Assembly (NCBI GenBank): GCA_002403855.1
Contig: DHIO01000022.1
Coordinates: 38 to 64,037 of the forward strand
Length of the DNA stretch: 64,000 nucleotides
DNA from: Acidimicrobiia bacterium UBA4744
Lineage (GTDB): Bacteria; Actinomycetota; Acidimicrobiia; Spongiisociales; UBA4744
Reading direction: 5' to 3'
Shown here: piece by piece, positions 29,499 to 40,188 of the stretch
Position numbering within the stretch: position 1 is the stretch's first letter
Layout of the letters: every line of letters begins with the position of its first letter
Notes under the pieces: model-generated
Database searches by the model: none
Seen by the model: only the letters and a program-made list of their open reading frames with translations
What the model was told of the DNA's origin: nothing
Translations under genes and position numbers: made by a program

Positions 29499-30827
29499 TC
29501 ACGGTCGGGACGGATTTTCGCCAACCTCCTTGCCTGCAACCCACACTGCGCCGATGTCACTTGCCGTTGCCAACCGCACGACCTTCTCGAACACCCTGTC
29601 GTCGTCATCGATCTCCGGCCAAATCCGCAGCGCAGTGCCCGACACTGCAGTATCGACGACGAATGCATCAAACGATCGGCCGGCCGCGATGAGGCCGGTC
29701 GGGTGTCCGAGCAGTTCCGCCCCTCCCCGCGTGGCCATCCAGAAGGCGGCGATGGTATCGATCCGCGATCCGACCACACCCCTCGAGTTGGCATCGATGC
29801 GGGCGTCGACCCCGTCTTCCAGCATGCGAGACACCGTCACCGCCGTCGCACACTGCGACAGCAGGACCGGTTGCGAGCCTCCGGCGATATCGCTCCCCAA
29901 CCCCACCGACAACTCCGCTTCCAGTGCCCGCCGGGCGGGAAACACGGCATTGGCGAAGTAGGCATTCGACAGGGGGCAGTGGGCAACCCCCGCACCCCGT
30001 TCTCGTATCAACCTGAGATCGTCGTCGCTTGCGTGGTTGCAGTGAGCCAGCACGGTGTGCTCCCGGATCAGCCCGAACCCTTCCAATGCCGTAGCGTCTG
30101 AGACTCCGAACCGATCGAGAGCGTATTGGTGTTCCCAGTCGCTTTCGGAGCAGTGGATCTGCACAGGCACGTTCCCGGCGGCCGCCAACTCTCCGAGTCC
30201 CTCCAGCATGGCATCGGTGCAGGCCGGCGTGAACCGCGGCGTGACCACCGGCCCGACAAGCGTCGAGCCGAGGGCGGTGATCTGTCGGATCGACTCGGCA
30301 CTGGCTCGAACCCCGCTCTCGGCATCGAGGTCGCGGTACCACTCCGGGGTCCCCTCCGGATGGTCCATTGCCACCCGACCCACCAGCGCCCGCTGGCCAT
30401 GGCGTACGCAGGTCTCTGCCAGCAAGGTCGTGGCATCGAGATCGACCGTCCCGTAGTAGACGGCCGTGGTGGTCCCCTGATCGAGAAGGCCCCTCACCAG
30501 GTCATCCCAGACCGTAGCGGCGAAGCTGAGATCGGACATGCGCGCTTCGAGCGGGAACGTGTACTCGAACAACCAGCGCTCGAGGCCGAGATCGAGACCG
30601 GTTCCGAGCTGCGCCCATTGTGGAGCATGCACGTGGGTATCAACGAGGCCGGGGAAGAGGATCGACGTGTCGGGCAGCTCGAGGTCGCACCGCTCCCCCG
30701 CCCAATCACCAACCGATGAGATCAGCCCATCGGCATCGACGGCCACGACGCAGTCGCGACGGACCTCGAGATGATCAGGGGTCGGCGTCTGCATCAGCGT
30801 GCCCCGGATGGTGAATCCGCCGCTCAC
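29499..30827 (-). CDS. guaD: Guanine deaminase (amidohydrolase)
   Basis: PGLVDTHVHAPQ, VTPRFTPACT, HCSE, HCPLSN, GSDIAGG. Confidence 0.9.
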   Translation of the reverse strand: MSGGFTIRGTLMQTPTPDHLEVRRDCVVAVDADGLISSVGDWAGERCDLELPDTSILFPGLVDTHVHAPQWAQLGTGLDLGLERWLFEYTFPLEARMSDLSFAATVWDDLVRGLLDQGTTTAVYYGTVDLDATTLLAETCVRHGQRALVGRVAMDHPEGTPEWYRDLDAESGVRASAESIRQITALGSTLVGPVVTPRFTPACTDAMLEGLGELAAAGNVPVQIHCSESDWEHQYALDRFGVSDATALEGFGLIREHTVLAHCNHASDDDLRLIRERGAGVAHCPLSNAYFANAVFPARRALEAELSVGLGSDIAGGSQPVLLSQCATAVTVSRMLEDGVDARIDANSRGVVGSRIDTIAAFWMATRGGAELLGHPTGLIAAGRSFDAFVVDTAVSGTALRIWPEIDDDDRVFEKVVRLATASDIGAVWVAGKEVGENPSRP

Positions 30828-30972
30828 AAGGCGACGCTACCCGAATGGTCGGGCAGACCGGGAAACCCGCTCCCGGTCCGGCTCGGTGTCGGTCTGCCTC
30901 TGCGTGCCAACCCGCAGGCCTCGACTACCCGGGAAAGGGTGCGCCGCCGTACGAATGCACCGGTCACGAGTC

Positions 30973-31176
30973 CTAGTACCGCTTCGGTCTCGTGGTCCTG
31001 GGGTCGTCGACCGCGACCGAGAGGACCGGAGAGTCGGGATCGCCCACCTTCAGCGCCTCGGCGAGGTGAGCCTCGACCTCGGCCCTTGAAAGCGCCGGTT
31101 GGGGAAGCAGGTCATCGGTGAGCTTCACAAAGATACGGGCACGATATTCCTTGCTGGGCTTGCGTTCTCCGGCCAC
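30973..31176 (-). CDS. Small hypothetical protein (67 aa)
   Basis: AAGGAG RBS then GTG at 31176; YRARIFVKLTDDLLP..SVAVDDP. Confidence 0.5.
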   Translation of the reverse strand: MAGERKPSKEYRARIFVKLTDDLLPQPALSRAEVEAHLAEALKVGDPDSPVLSVAVDDPRTTRPKRY

Positions 31177-31242
31177 GTCGACTCCTTGTGTCGGTGGTTG
31201 TGACGCTATCAGAGCTCGAGCACACTGGGTAAAGTCGCTCGC

Positions 31243-34200
31243 GTGGCGGGACAAATCGCACATGATGTCGTTTTCCTCTTCTCCGACATCGAATCGAGCA
31301 CCAGATTGTGGGAGCAGTACCCGGTTGAGATGAGGGCCTGGCTCGAGCGCCACGACGCCATCGTCGAGGACGCCGTCGGTTCCTCCGGGGGCCAGATCGT
31401 GAAGACGACCGGCGATGGGGTCATGGCGGCGTTCACGCCTGGGAACGCCGCCGTTCAGGCCAGTCTCGCTATTCAGCGCGGGCTCCACGCCGAAGAGTGG
31501 GGTCCAACGGAAAGCTTGAGAGTGCGGATCGGTCTCCACGTGGGCGAGGCGCAGTCTCGCGGCGCGGACTATTTCGGACCAACGGTCAACCGGACGGCCC
31601 GCCTCATGGCCGCGGCCCACGGGGGGCAAACCTTGCTGTCTGCAGCAATGGCGCGCCAGGTTGCGGATGACCTTCCGGAAGGTGTCTGTTTGCGGGACCT
31701 GGGACTTCATCGTCTTCGCGATCTAGCAGAGCCAGAGCACGCCTTCCAGTTGCTGGATCCGGATCTGCCCCAGACGTTCCCGCCCTTGGCGACTCTGGAT
31801 ATCACCCCGAACAATCTCCCCACCCAAGCGTCGGTGTTCCTCGGTAGGGAAAGGGAACTTGGAGAAATCCGGGCGCTTCTGGATCAGCCGACCAAGCGCA
31901 TGGTCACCCTGGTCGGACCGGGGGGAACGGGTAAGACACGCCTCGGCCTTCAGTCCGCCGCCGATCAGATCGATCGGTTTGGAGACGGCGTCTTCTTCGT
32001 CGACCTTTCGACAGAGACCGATCCCGAGGAGAGTTTCGCCAACATTGCCCGAACGATCGGTGTCGATCCGGCCGGGGACGAAACTGCCCTGGATACGCTC
32101 CGTGAGCGTCTCGCCGATCGCCGGATCATGCTCATTCTGGACAACCTCGAGCAAATCGACGGAATCGGCACCGGGATCACAGCTCTTCTCGAGGGGAGCG
32201 CCGGGCTGGTGGTATTGGCAACCAGCCGTCAACCGGTACGGATCCGGGGCGAACAGATCTACGTGGTCGATCCGCTGTCGTTGCCCACGGTCGGACCGGG
32301 CCGCATGAAGGCCGAGGACGTGATGGCATCCGAAGCTGCCCAGTTGTTCGCAGAGCGAGCGGCCGCAGCGATCCACGGTTTTGTGATCGAATCCGACAAT
32401 GCCGGCGACGTAGCGTCGATCTGCATTCGCCTCGACGGATTACCGCTTGCCCTCGAGCTGGCGGCTGCCCGGCTGAGGCTCTTCTCGTTGCCCGAGCTCC
32501 GCAATCGGCTCGACTCGCAAATGGATCTCCTGAAGGGAGGAGCACACGACCTTCCGTCGCGACAGCAGACACTTCGCAGCACGATTGAGTGGAGTTTCGA
32601 ACTGCTCAGCAATAGCGAGAAGGGCCTGTTGGAGATCCTGGCGGTATTCGCAGGGGCGACCTTCGATGACGTTTCATCGGTGTCTGCCACCATCGATGAA
32701 GACGGCGATGTCATCGACGACCTTACCTCCCTGGTCGACAAGAGTCTGGTAAGGACGGGACAATCCGAGTCCGGTTCGTCCAGGTATGGACTCCTGGAAA
32801 CAATCCGACAATTCAGCATCGACAGATTGAACGCCCAGGCGGAACGCCTCGCTCTCATCAAGCGATGCCACGCCGACTACTTCGCTCGTGTCGCCGATCA
32901 ACTACATGCTCAGCTCAGAACCGCTGAACGGGAGGCCGCGATCAAACGACTGCGTGACGAGCTCGAGAACCTCCAGCTGGCCTGGACCTACTGGGCTGAA
33001 GCGCAAGACGTTGAACGCCTGCACTGCTTGTTCGACCCGATGTGGATGCTCTACGACTCGGAAGGTTGGTACCACGGTTCCTTGACACTTGCCGAGGACC
33101 TATTGGCGGCGCTCGACCACCAAGCCGACTCAGCGGAACGAACCCATGAGCAGATCGCCCTACAGACGAGTCTGGCGAGGATTCGATTGTTGATCAAGGG
33201 GTACACAGAGGAGTCGGAGCGGGCGTTTCTCGACTCCCTCGAGAGTGCCGAAGCCGGCGGACAGATCCCCGACCTGTTCCCGGTTCTGAGGAGCCTGGCT
33301 TCGTTCTACACCCTGAGCGGCCAGCTGCAGAAGGCGGTAGAAACCGGGGAGAAACTGCTCAGGATCGCCGATGAAGAGCACGATCCACGTCTGTACGTCG
33401 ACGCCAACCTCGTCTACGGAGCCAACAAGGCCTTCATGAACGAGCTCGACGAAGGCCTGGAACACCTGAGCCATGCCGTGGAGAGGTTCGACCCAACGGA
33501 GATGCCGAGCGACCGCTTCAGGCTCGGCCCGCATCCGGGCATCGTGGCCTTGACGACGTCCGGCTTCCTCCTCTGGCTTCGAGGGTACCCGGAGCAAGCC
33601 GGCCGGAAGATGGAGCTCGCCCTGACCGATGCCGAGACCCTGGGGCACAGCTACTCGCGGGCGTACGCCCTCTATCACGTCGCCTACTTCAACCTGTGGA
33701 ACCAGAACATCGAGGGTGTTGGTCGCCATGCGAACGAACTGCTCGCCCTGGCCAACCAATACGACTACCAGATCTGGCGAGCGCTGGCCCTGATCCTGCT
33801 TGCGGTAGTGACGGCCCTCACGGAAGATCCGGAGAAAGGCCTCGCCGAGGTCGAGCGAGGCATCGAGGCATACCAGTCGCTGCAAGCACCGCCGGCGTTC
33901 TGGGGCCCGTTGCAGCAGATCAGAGCGACCCTGGCTGGGATGGCCGGTCGGGTCGACCGAGGGCTCGAGCTGATCGGTGAGGCAGTGGCCCTCGCCTCTG
34001 AAGCCCGGTCGGGCATGCTGACCGAAATGCTGATCACGCAAGGCGACCTACACCTGATGATCGGGCGTGAGAACGAGGCGATCGATGCCTACCACCGGAG
34101 CCTGGAGGCAGCCGTCACCTACGACACGCGCCTCGCCGAACTCAGGGCAGCAACTCGATTGGCCCGCCTCGGAGGCCCCGACGAGCTACAGAGGCTTCGC

Positions 34201-34275
34201 CGGGTCTACAACACGTTCACCGAAGGGTTCGACATCGCCGACCTGATCGCAGCCCGCGAGTTGCTCGAACCCTGA
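31243..34275 (+). CDS. Class III adenylate/guanylate cyclase fused to a STAND ATPase and TPR-like repeats
   Basis: FSDIESST, TGDG, RIGLHVGE, VNRTARL; P-loop GPGGTGKT; LILDNLE; LDGLPLALELAAAR; helical C-terminus. Confidence 0.93.
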   Translation: MAGQIAHDVVFLFSDIESSTRLWEQYPVEMRAWLERHDAIVEDAVGSSGGQIVKTTGDGVMAAFTPGNAAVQASLAIQRGLHAEEWGPTESLRVRIGLHVGEAQSRGADYFGPTVNRTARLMAAAHGGQTLLSAAMARQVADDLPEGVCLRDLGLHRLRDLAEPEHAFQLLDPDLPQTFPPLATLDITPNNLPTQASVFLGRERELGEIRALLDQPTKRMVTLVGPGGTGKTRLGLQSAADQIDRFGDGVFFVDLSTETDPEESFANIARTIGVDPAGDETALDTLRERLADRRIMLILDNLEQIDGIGTGITALLEGSAGLVVLATSRQPVRIRGEQIYVVDPLSLPTVGPGRMKAEDVMASEAAQLFAERAAAAIHGFVIESDNAGDVASICIRLDGLPLALELAAARLRLFSLPELRNRLDSQMDLLKGGAHDLPSRQQTLRSTIEWSFELLSNSEKGLLEILAVFAGATFDDVSSVSATIDEDGDVIDDLTSLVDKSLVRTGQSESGSSRYGLLETIRQFSIDRLNAQAERLALIKRCHADYFARVADQLHAQLRTAEREAAIKRLRDELENLQLAWTYWAEAQDVERLHCLFDPMWMLYDSEGWYHGSLTLAEDLLAALDHQADSAERTHEQIALQTSLARIRLLIKGYTEESERAFLDSLESAEAGGQIPDLFPVLRSLASFYTLSGQLQKAVETGEKLLRIADEEHDPRLYVDANLVYGANKAFMNELDEGLEHLSHAVERFDPTEMPSDRFRLGPHPGIVALTTSGFLLWLRGYPEQAGRKMELALTDAETLGHSYSRAYALYHVAYFNLWNQNIEGVGRHANELLALANQYDYQIWRALALILLAVVTALTEDPEKGLAEVERGIEAYQSLQAPPAFWGPLQQIRATLAGMAGRVDRGLELIGEAVALASEARSGMLTEMLITQGDLHLMIGRENEAIDAYHRSLEAAVTYDTRLAELRAATRLARLGGPDELQRLRRVYNTFTEGFDIADLIAARELLEP

Positions 34276-34342
34276 AGAAGGTCCCTGGTCGAGCATGAAG
34301 CCCGCACGTAAGGTTGGTGTATGAGGTACAGCGAGCAGCGTC

Positions 34343-35020
34343 ATGTGCTTCTCGCCTGAGGCCGATATCGTCGCGGGAATCGTAGTGAGCGGCGTCGGTG
34401 TCGACGCGTTGCGTCATGTCAAAGAGACAAAGGAGTATCCGCTCGCATCGTTACCGCTGCTGTTGGGTATGCACCTCCTCGTGGAGGCATACGTCTGGTG
34501 GGGTGAGGCCGACCGAGTTCCAGAGTTTGTGGGCCAGGCTGCCGTCTGGGTCTACCTGGCCTTTGCCCTGGGTGTGCTGCCGGTGCTGGTTCCGGTGGCG
34601 ATCATGGCCGTCGAGCCGGATGGGAGACGACGCCGATTCTTGATGCCGGTCACGGCCGTCGGGGTTGGGGTGTCGGCCTTGTTTCTGGCGTCGGTGATCA
34701 CCGGACCGGTGAGTGCCGAAATCGAGGGTTGCTGTCTTTCCTACGACACCGGTCCCGGGTACACCGGTCTGCTCGGCGCTCTCTACGTGTTCGTCACCTG
34801 CATACCGATGCTGGCCTCCAGCCACCGCCCCCTCGTCGCGTTCGGAGTGGTCAATCTGATCGCCGTTGCACTCCTGGCGTGGCTGCTGGCCAGCGGATTG
34901 GCTTCGTTGTGGTGCGCCTGGGCGGCCATCACCAGCGTGCTCATTGCCGTCCACCTGCGCCGGGCCGGGATGCCCGCATCGGATCGCCGTCCGGTTGGTT
35001 CGGACACGGCAACGGGGTGA
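34343..35020 (+). CDS. DUF6629-family membrane protein
   Basis: MCFSPEAD start, SLWCAWAA. Confidence 0.85.
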   Translation: MCFSPEADIVAGIVVSGVGVDALRHVKETKEYPLASLPLLLGMHLLVEAYVWWGEADRVPEFVGQAAVWVYLAFALGVLPVLVPVAIMAVEPDGRRRRFLMPVTAVGVGVSALFLASVITGPVSAEIEGCCLSYDTGPGYTGLLGALYVFVTCIPMLASSHRPLVAFGVVNLIAVALLAWLLASGLASLWCAWAAITSVLIAVHLRRAGMPASDRRPVGSDTATG

Positions 35021-35256
35021 CCGGTGTCATGCCGCCGTGTACTCGGTTAACCCGGTCCTATCCCCACGATCAGCGAAGCTGTGATGCCGAACGCAGATCT
35101 GGCGGTCTGCGTACTGCCGGGGAAGGCGCGACTCGAGGCCTGAGGGCTCTTTGGTGGTCGGGCAGGCGCTCCTGTACTGCGATCAATGTAGCCTTCACAT
35201 GCCCTCGGGAGCGTAGGCTCGGATCGTCGAAACCACCACGAGGAGAGGCAGAACCG

Positions 35257-35607
35257 ATGGTCGACCAAGTGGAAGTGGGGCCGGCGTCCGAGCTGATGCC
35301 CGGGGCCGTGAAAGGAGCCGGCCGGTTTGCGGTGGGCAATGCCGACGGGCAGTTGTTTGCCGTCACCCGCCACTGCCGGCACCTCTACGCCGACCTGGCC
35401 GATGGAAGCCTCGACGAGGCCGGTTGTCTGGTTTGCCCGTGGCACGGCGCCAGGTACAACCTGCAAACCGGTCGAATGGTGCTTGGACCGCGGGGCATCT
35501 ACGCCAAGATCCCCGGCCTCGGCACCGCCCTCAAAGCCCTGACCCTGGTACTCCCGCTCGGGCGAGGCCGGGTCGTCAACCGTGACCAGACCCTCTACGT
35601 GGAGTAG
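35257..35607 (+). CDS. Rieske [2Fe-2S] ferredoxin
   Basis: CRH..CPWHG; AGGAGAGG RBS. Confidence 0.88.
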   Translation: MVDQVEVGPASELMPGAVKGAGRFAVGNADGQLFAVTRHCRHLYADLADGSLDEAGCLVCPWHGARYNLQTGRMVLGPRGIYAKIPGLGTALKALTLVLPLGRGRVVNRDQTLYVE

Positions 35608-35794
35608 TCGGGAGGTTCGACCGGCAGTCCTTCCAGCCGAGCGACGGCGAGCGGTCCCGGTAACCGATGGTTACAGGCCGACAACCCGCTTCCGATATCG
35701 GACGCGGCAACGGCCCGGAGGGCGCCAACTCATGCAAGGGAAAGCTTCCGTCGCGCTCTCGTGCTGCTCCGGTCGTTCTCGATGAGGCCGGCGC

Positions 35795-37837
35795 TCACTC
35801 GGTCGTGATCGCGTCGAGTGCCGGGAACAATACGTCGCGGCGGAGCCGGTCCTCCTCGGAAGGCGGACTCACGAGCGCAACCAGAAGCGTGCCATCGGTC
35901 ACCTCGATGACGGCAACCGATACTGGAGTACCCACGAGCGTGCCCTCATACAAGGACCAGGATCCGAGCGAGGATTCGTAGCCGCCCACCGGTTGGGGGT
36001 TGTCGCCCAGACCGAATTGTGATCCGATCAATCGAAGCACCGCAGCGGGCGGTGCTCCACCGGCCAGTTGTTGGATCAGCGCTGTTTGGTCGAAACCGTT
36101 CAAGGCTCTCACCCACACCCCGGGACCCTGCCGCTCCCAGTCGTCGGGGACCACTCCCGACCACGTGTTACCCACGAGCTGTTCGCTGAACGGAACCAGC
36201 GTCACCGATGGCACCAGCGTGTCGGGAGTGACGAACTCCGGCGGCCCCATCTCGGCGACGCAGGTGGTCAAGACGGTTTCACTCGGTGCTCTGAGAAACT
36301 CCCGCAGGATCGCTTTCGGGCACTCGGCCGCCGCCGACGGACCATGCCCAAGACCGGGAAACTCAACATAGGTGGCCTGTTCGATGGTCGAGGCCGCCTG
36401 AGCCCCCCACGATGGAGGCGTGATCGGGTCGTATTCGCCCGCCAGTACCAGAGTCGGTATTGCCGTGTTGACGGGCTCATTCTCGAATGGAGGGGCCTGG
36501 CCTGCGCCCCAGGTAGCACACACATCGAAGAACGCCGGACCGAGATTGGCTGAGGCGGCGAAGACGGGTTCGAGTCGGGGGTATTCGGCGAGCGCCTCCG
36601 CTACCGCACTCGGCGAGGTGAAGCCGGCCTCCTCGTGGCACTGAACCGAGAACTGCATCCCGGCGCTGATGAACTCGCCATTGGCCAGGAACGACGAGGT
36701 CAGCACCGAAAGCTCATAGGTCTCCCCGGAAGCCACGTTGTCGATCAGTTGCGGCAGCACCTGAATAGCGTCGGCGGAGTACAAAGCCTGGAACACGATG
36801 CCTTGCAGACCGGCTCCGTCGAACACGGCGTCGTAGACCTCACCCGTGAACACGTCGGTCACCGGCGCTCGCAGTGGTTGCACCTCGAGGTCTTCGACGA
36901 GCCGATAAAAGGTCGATTCCAGGTTTGGATACGCCGCCGAACACGAGGCGTCGGCAGCACAGCCGTCGAAAAGCTTGCGCAAGGCGCGATCGAGATTGGC
37001 CGGTGCCTCGGCGATGATGTCGACGTCGGGCGGGTACACCGAATCGATGACGACACTGCGAATGCCCTCCGGCCGGTCACGCATGGCGGTGAGGGCGAGG
37101 CGGGTGCCGTACGAGATGCCGTAGAGATTCCATTGGTCGACTCCGAGCGCTAGTCGGAGGTCGGCGAGGTCGGCGGCGCTGTTCGCACTGGTGTAGGCGT
37201 CGAGATCGGCACCGTCGTCCAGGAGGCGGTCACGGCAGTCGGTGATCGAGTCCAACTGAAGCTGGAGGAACTCGTCGACGGATACATCCTCCCTTTCGAT
37301 GTATTCGAATCCCAGTTTTCGAATCTCCGGGCAAGCCAGAGAGGGCTCCGAGTATCCCGTCCCGCGCTGATCAAAGAAGATCACGTCACGGTCGGCGAGG
37401 AGGTGGGAGAAGCTGTCCTCGAAGACCAAGGGAACTACTTCGAGCGAGTCGCCGCCGGGGCCGCCCTCGAGGTACACGACGGGATCAGGCGCCGGATCGG
37501 GGCTCTCGGATTCGAAGACGGCGACGTGGAGCCGGATCGTGTCGCTCGTAGGGTCGGCTCGGTCCTCGAGTACCTCCAACCAACCGCATTCGACCGACCG
37601 ATCCGGCGGCACCGTGAACTCGCAGCTTGCCGCTTCAAAAGTGGGTGCCGACGCAACTTGTGTCGTGGTGGTGGTTTCGACCGGGGTGGTCGTCGTGGCC
37701 TCGCTGTCCGGTTGACCGTTCTGATCGGAAGCGATCGAACTCGTCGTCGATTCTTCCCCGTTCTGGGTTCTGGTGCATGCCGCCCCGACGAGGGCGAGAA
37801 CGGCAATCAGTACCAGCAGCGATCTCCGGGCGGTCAT
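35795..37837 (-). CDS. Alpha/beta hydrolase lipoprotein (TAP-like peptidase)
   Basis: GAAC lipobox; YLEGGPG, DQRGTG, GISYG, DPITP, GLGH. Confidence 0.92.
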   Translation of the reverse strand: MTARRSLLVLIAVLALVGAACTRTQNGEESTTSSIASDQNGQPDSEATTTTPVETTTTTQVASAPTFEAASCEFTVPPDRSVECGWLEVLEDRADPTSDTIRLHVAVFESESPDPAPDPVVYLEGGPGGDSLEVVPLVFEDSFSHLLADRDVIFFDQRGTGYSEPSLACPEIRKLGFEYIEREDVSVDEFLQLQLDSITDCRDRLLDDGADLDAYTSANSAADLADLRLALGVDQWNLYGISYGTRLALTAMRDRPEGIRSVVIDSVYPPDVDIIAEAPANLDRALRKLFDGCAADASCSAAYPNLESTFYRLVEDLEVQPLRAPVTDVFTGEVYDAVFDGAGLQGIVFQALYSADAIQVLPQLIDNVASGETYELSVLTSSFLANGEFISAGMQFSVQCHEEAGFTSPSAVAEALAEYPRLEPVFAASANLGPAFFDVCATWGAGQAPPFENEPVNTAIPTLVLAGEYDPITPPSWGAQAASTIEQATYVEFPGLGHGPSAAAECPKAILREFLRAPSETVLTTCVAEMGPPEFVTPDTLVPSVTLVPFSEQLVGNTWSGVVPDDWERQGPGVWVRALNGFDQTALIQQLAGGAPPAAVLRLIGSQFGLGDNPQPVGGYESSLGSWSLYEGTLVGTPVSVAVIEVTDGTLLVALVSPPSEEDRLRRDVLFPALDAITTE

Positions 37838-38215
37838 ACCACCTCGAGCGTAGGTGGATTGTGGCGGCTTTGCGATCGCTCGTCAGGCTGAGAGGGAATC
37901 TCCGCCGGACCGTGTTCGTTCAGATCGATGCCTTCGGCTTCAAGCCGGGATTGCGGGAAACAATCCCCCCGGTGATGCTCGGCAACAACGTAGCGGAGAC
38001 GTACTTGGAGCTGAGGAATCCTCTGGACGTAGGACGCTTCCGGCTGGCATTCGAGAAGGCGATTGGACGATTACCTTCGACGAGGAGACCGACCGACGGC
38101 GGACCTAGGCCGCTCGAGATCGGGTGGTCTGTCCGGCTCACGAAGCGGCGGCATAGGCACCTTCGTGGCAGGGCCGGCCGGTTGCCGGAGGTTGGGTCGG
38201 TCTTCGGGTGTCCCG

Positions 38216-38407
38216 CTACTTCCTCACCCAGAAGGTGTCGCCGCAATGGGGGCACTCCAGTTCCACGGCGACCCCGGCCAACAAACCCTCTCTTCTCCTA
38301 CTCCTTCCGGTTTGGCGGTACGCAGAGACCAACACCGGCTCTCCGCAGGCGTGGCAAGGGTAGGTTCTCACCCTCCGCCACCAGTCCCGCAACCACTCCA
38401 GCATCAT
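38216..38407 (-). CDS. Small zinc-ribbon protein (paralog of 21456-21644)
   Basis: MMLEWLRDWW..CHAC..CPHC..FWVRK. Confidence 0.75.
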   Translation of the reverse strand: MMLEWLRDWWRRVRTYPCHACGEPVLVSAYRQTGRSRRREGLLAGVAVELECPHCGDTFWVRK

Positions 38408-38552
38408 CCCAAGGTACGACCCGGTACGGCCCCGGTCAATCCTGCTTGTGCGTGACGGGTCGCGCAGGGACCAACGCTGATTCTTCTGCCGGGCGGCAAG
38501 GGATCGCCGCAAGCGTTCGGGCAGAACCGTGAGAATGCTATACGCTCCCACC

Positions 38553-39182
38553 GTGACCGCTATCGATCCTTACCGGCGCGTCGCCGGGGTCTACGACCGG
38601 CTCATCGAACCGGTCCAGGCGGGAGTGCGCAGGGTCGCCCTCGATGTGGTCCCGCCCCAACCTACGTGGCAGGTGCTCGATGTCGGCTGCGGCACAGGGA
38701 CCGGTATGACACCGTACGTCGAGGCCGGCTGCACGGTCACCGGGGTTGACGTGTCGGCGGCGATGCTCCAGAAAGCCAGGGCGCGCCTCGGGGATCGGGC
38801 GGAGCTCCACCTCACGGACGGAGACACCCTCCCGTTCGAAGGTGGCCGCTTCGACCTGGTGACCGCATCAATGGTGTTCCATGAGGTGCCTGCAGACGCG
38901 AGGGTGGCATTGGTCACCGAGATGACCCGAGTCGCGGGGTCGGATAGCCGGTTGCTGATAACCGACTTCCGTTTCGGATCGTTGCGCGGCTGGAAAGGAC
39001 CAGCGTTTCGCGCGTTGTCTGAGGTCATCGAACGATTCTCGGGCCACCACTCGGGGTACCGGAGCTTCAAGGCTTCGAACGGCATCCCGGGCGTGGTGAC
39101 CGAGGCCGGTCTCGCCATTGAGCGCGAGAAGATCGTCGCCGGCGGGAACGTGGCGATCTATGAGGTGGTGCCGAAGCCATGA
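38553..39182 (+). CDS. Class I SAM-dependent methyltransferase (UbiE-like)
   Basis: VLDVGCGTG, GVDVSAAML, LPFEGGRFD. Confidence 0.9.
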   Translation: MTAIDPYRRVAGVYDRLIEPVQAGVRRVALDVVPPQPTWQVLDVGCGTGTGMTPYVEAGCTVTGVDVSAAMLQKARARLGDRAELHLTDGDTLPFEGGRFDLVTASMVFHEVPADARVALVTEMTRVAGSDSRLLITDFRFGSLRGWKGPAFRALSEVIERFSGHHSGYRSFKASNGIPGVVTEAGLAIEREKIVAGGNVAIYEVVPKP

Positions 39183-39362
39183 GCTCGGTGCGCGGAGGCG
39201 AGCATGAGCGGATGGCGAGCCCGACGATATCCCCTGGTTTAGGACGTTCGGTGACCCGAACTCCTGGACGATCGCCCGCATTGCCTCCTTCTGATCTGCG
39301 GCGACTCAAGCCCCGATTCGGAGGTATAGGCTTCGCAGTGCCACAGCCGGAGGAGTGAAGCC

Positions 39363-40019
39363 ATGGTTACCCCGCCCGAACCCTATGCAGCCCGCCTGGA
39401 CATCGACTACCCAGAGAAACTCGATCGCTTCACGACGTTCTTCCGGCTGATCTGGATCATCCCGATCGCCATCATCTCGTCGTTGCTCTCCGCGACGGCC
39501 AACTCGACCGTGACCGTGATCGACGAGTCCGGCGAAGTGGTGTCCTACGTCACCAACTCAGGCGGGGGGATTGCATCCGGGCTCTTTTTTGCGACATTGC
39601 TGATGATCGTGTTCCGGGAGCGGTACCCGCGCTGGTGGTTCGACTTCGCCCGCGAATTCGCGCGTTTTGGGGCGCGGGTCGGTTCCTACCTCGCCCTCCT
39701 CACCGATCGGTATCCCTCGACGGTTGAAGAGCAAGCGGTGCATCTGGAGATCGACTACCCAGACGTCGAGCAAGACCTCAACCGCTGGCTGCCGTTGGTC
39801 AAGTGGCTGCTGGCCATCCCCCACTACTTCGTACTCGCTCTGCTTGGGATCATTGCGTTCTTCGCGATCGTCATCGCTTGGTTCGCCATCCTCTTCACCG
39901 GGCGCTACCCGCGCGGGCTGTTCGATTACGTGGTCGGGGTCGGTCGATGGGGACTGCGAGTCCATGCGTACGCGTTCTTGCTGGTCACCGACCGATACCC
40001 TCCCTTCAGCCTCCGATGA
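39363..40019 (+). CDS. DUF4389 membrane protein
   Basis: Duplicated RYPR..FD / TDRYP motifs; LPLVKWLLAIPHY. Confidence 0.92.
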   Translation: MVTPPEPYAARLDIDYPEKLDRFTTFFRLIWIIPIAIISSLLSATANSTVTVIDESGEVVSYVTNSGGGIASGLFFATLLMIVFRERYPRWWFDFAREFARFGARVGSYLALLTDRYPSTVEEQAVHLEIDYPDVEQDLNRWLPLVKWLLAIPHYFVLALLGIIAFFAIVIAWFAILFTGRYPRGLFDYVVGVGRWGLRVHAYAFLLVTDRYPPFSLR

Positions 40020-40188
40020 ACTAGCAACAACGGCCTCTCGCCAAACCAACTAGGTCGAGGCCCCGGCCACCCGCCTTCGAGAAGAGTGGAAATACGAGGC
40101 CGGGCCTCGTGACGGGCGAGCCGTACTCTGATCGTACGATCGGATTCACACTGTTCTTCTGATCCGTCGGCGGGCTCCGCGACTCGGA

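Noticed and set aside
37860-38200. Protein-like stretch FKPGLRETIPPVMLGNNVAETYLELRNPLDVGRF on the + strand
   Set aside because: No clear start or stop and no recognised family; may be another scar but unsupported.
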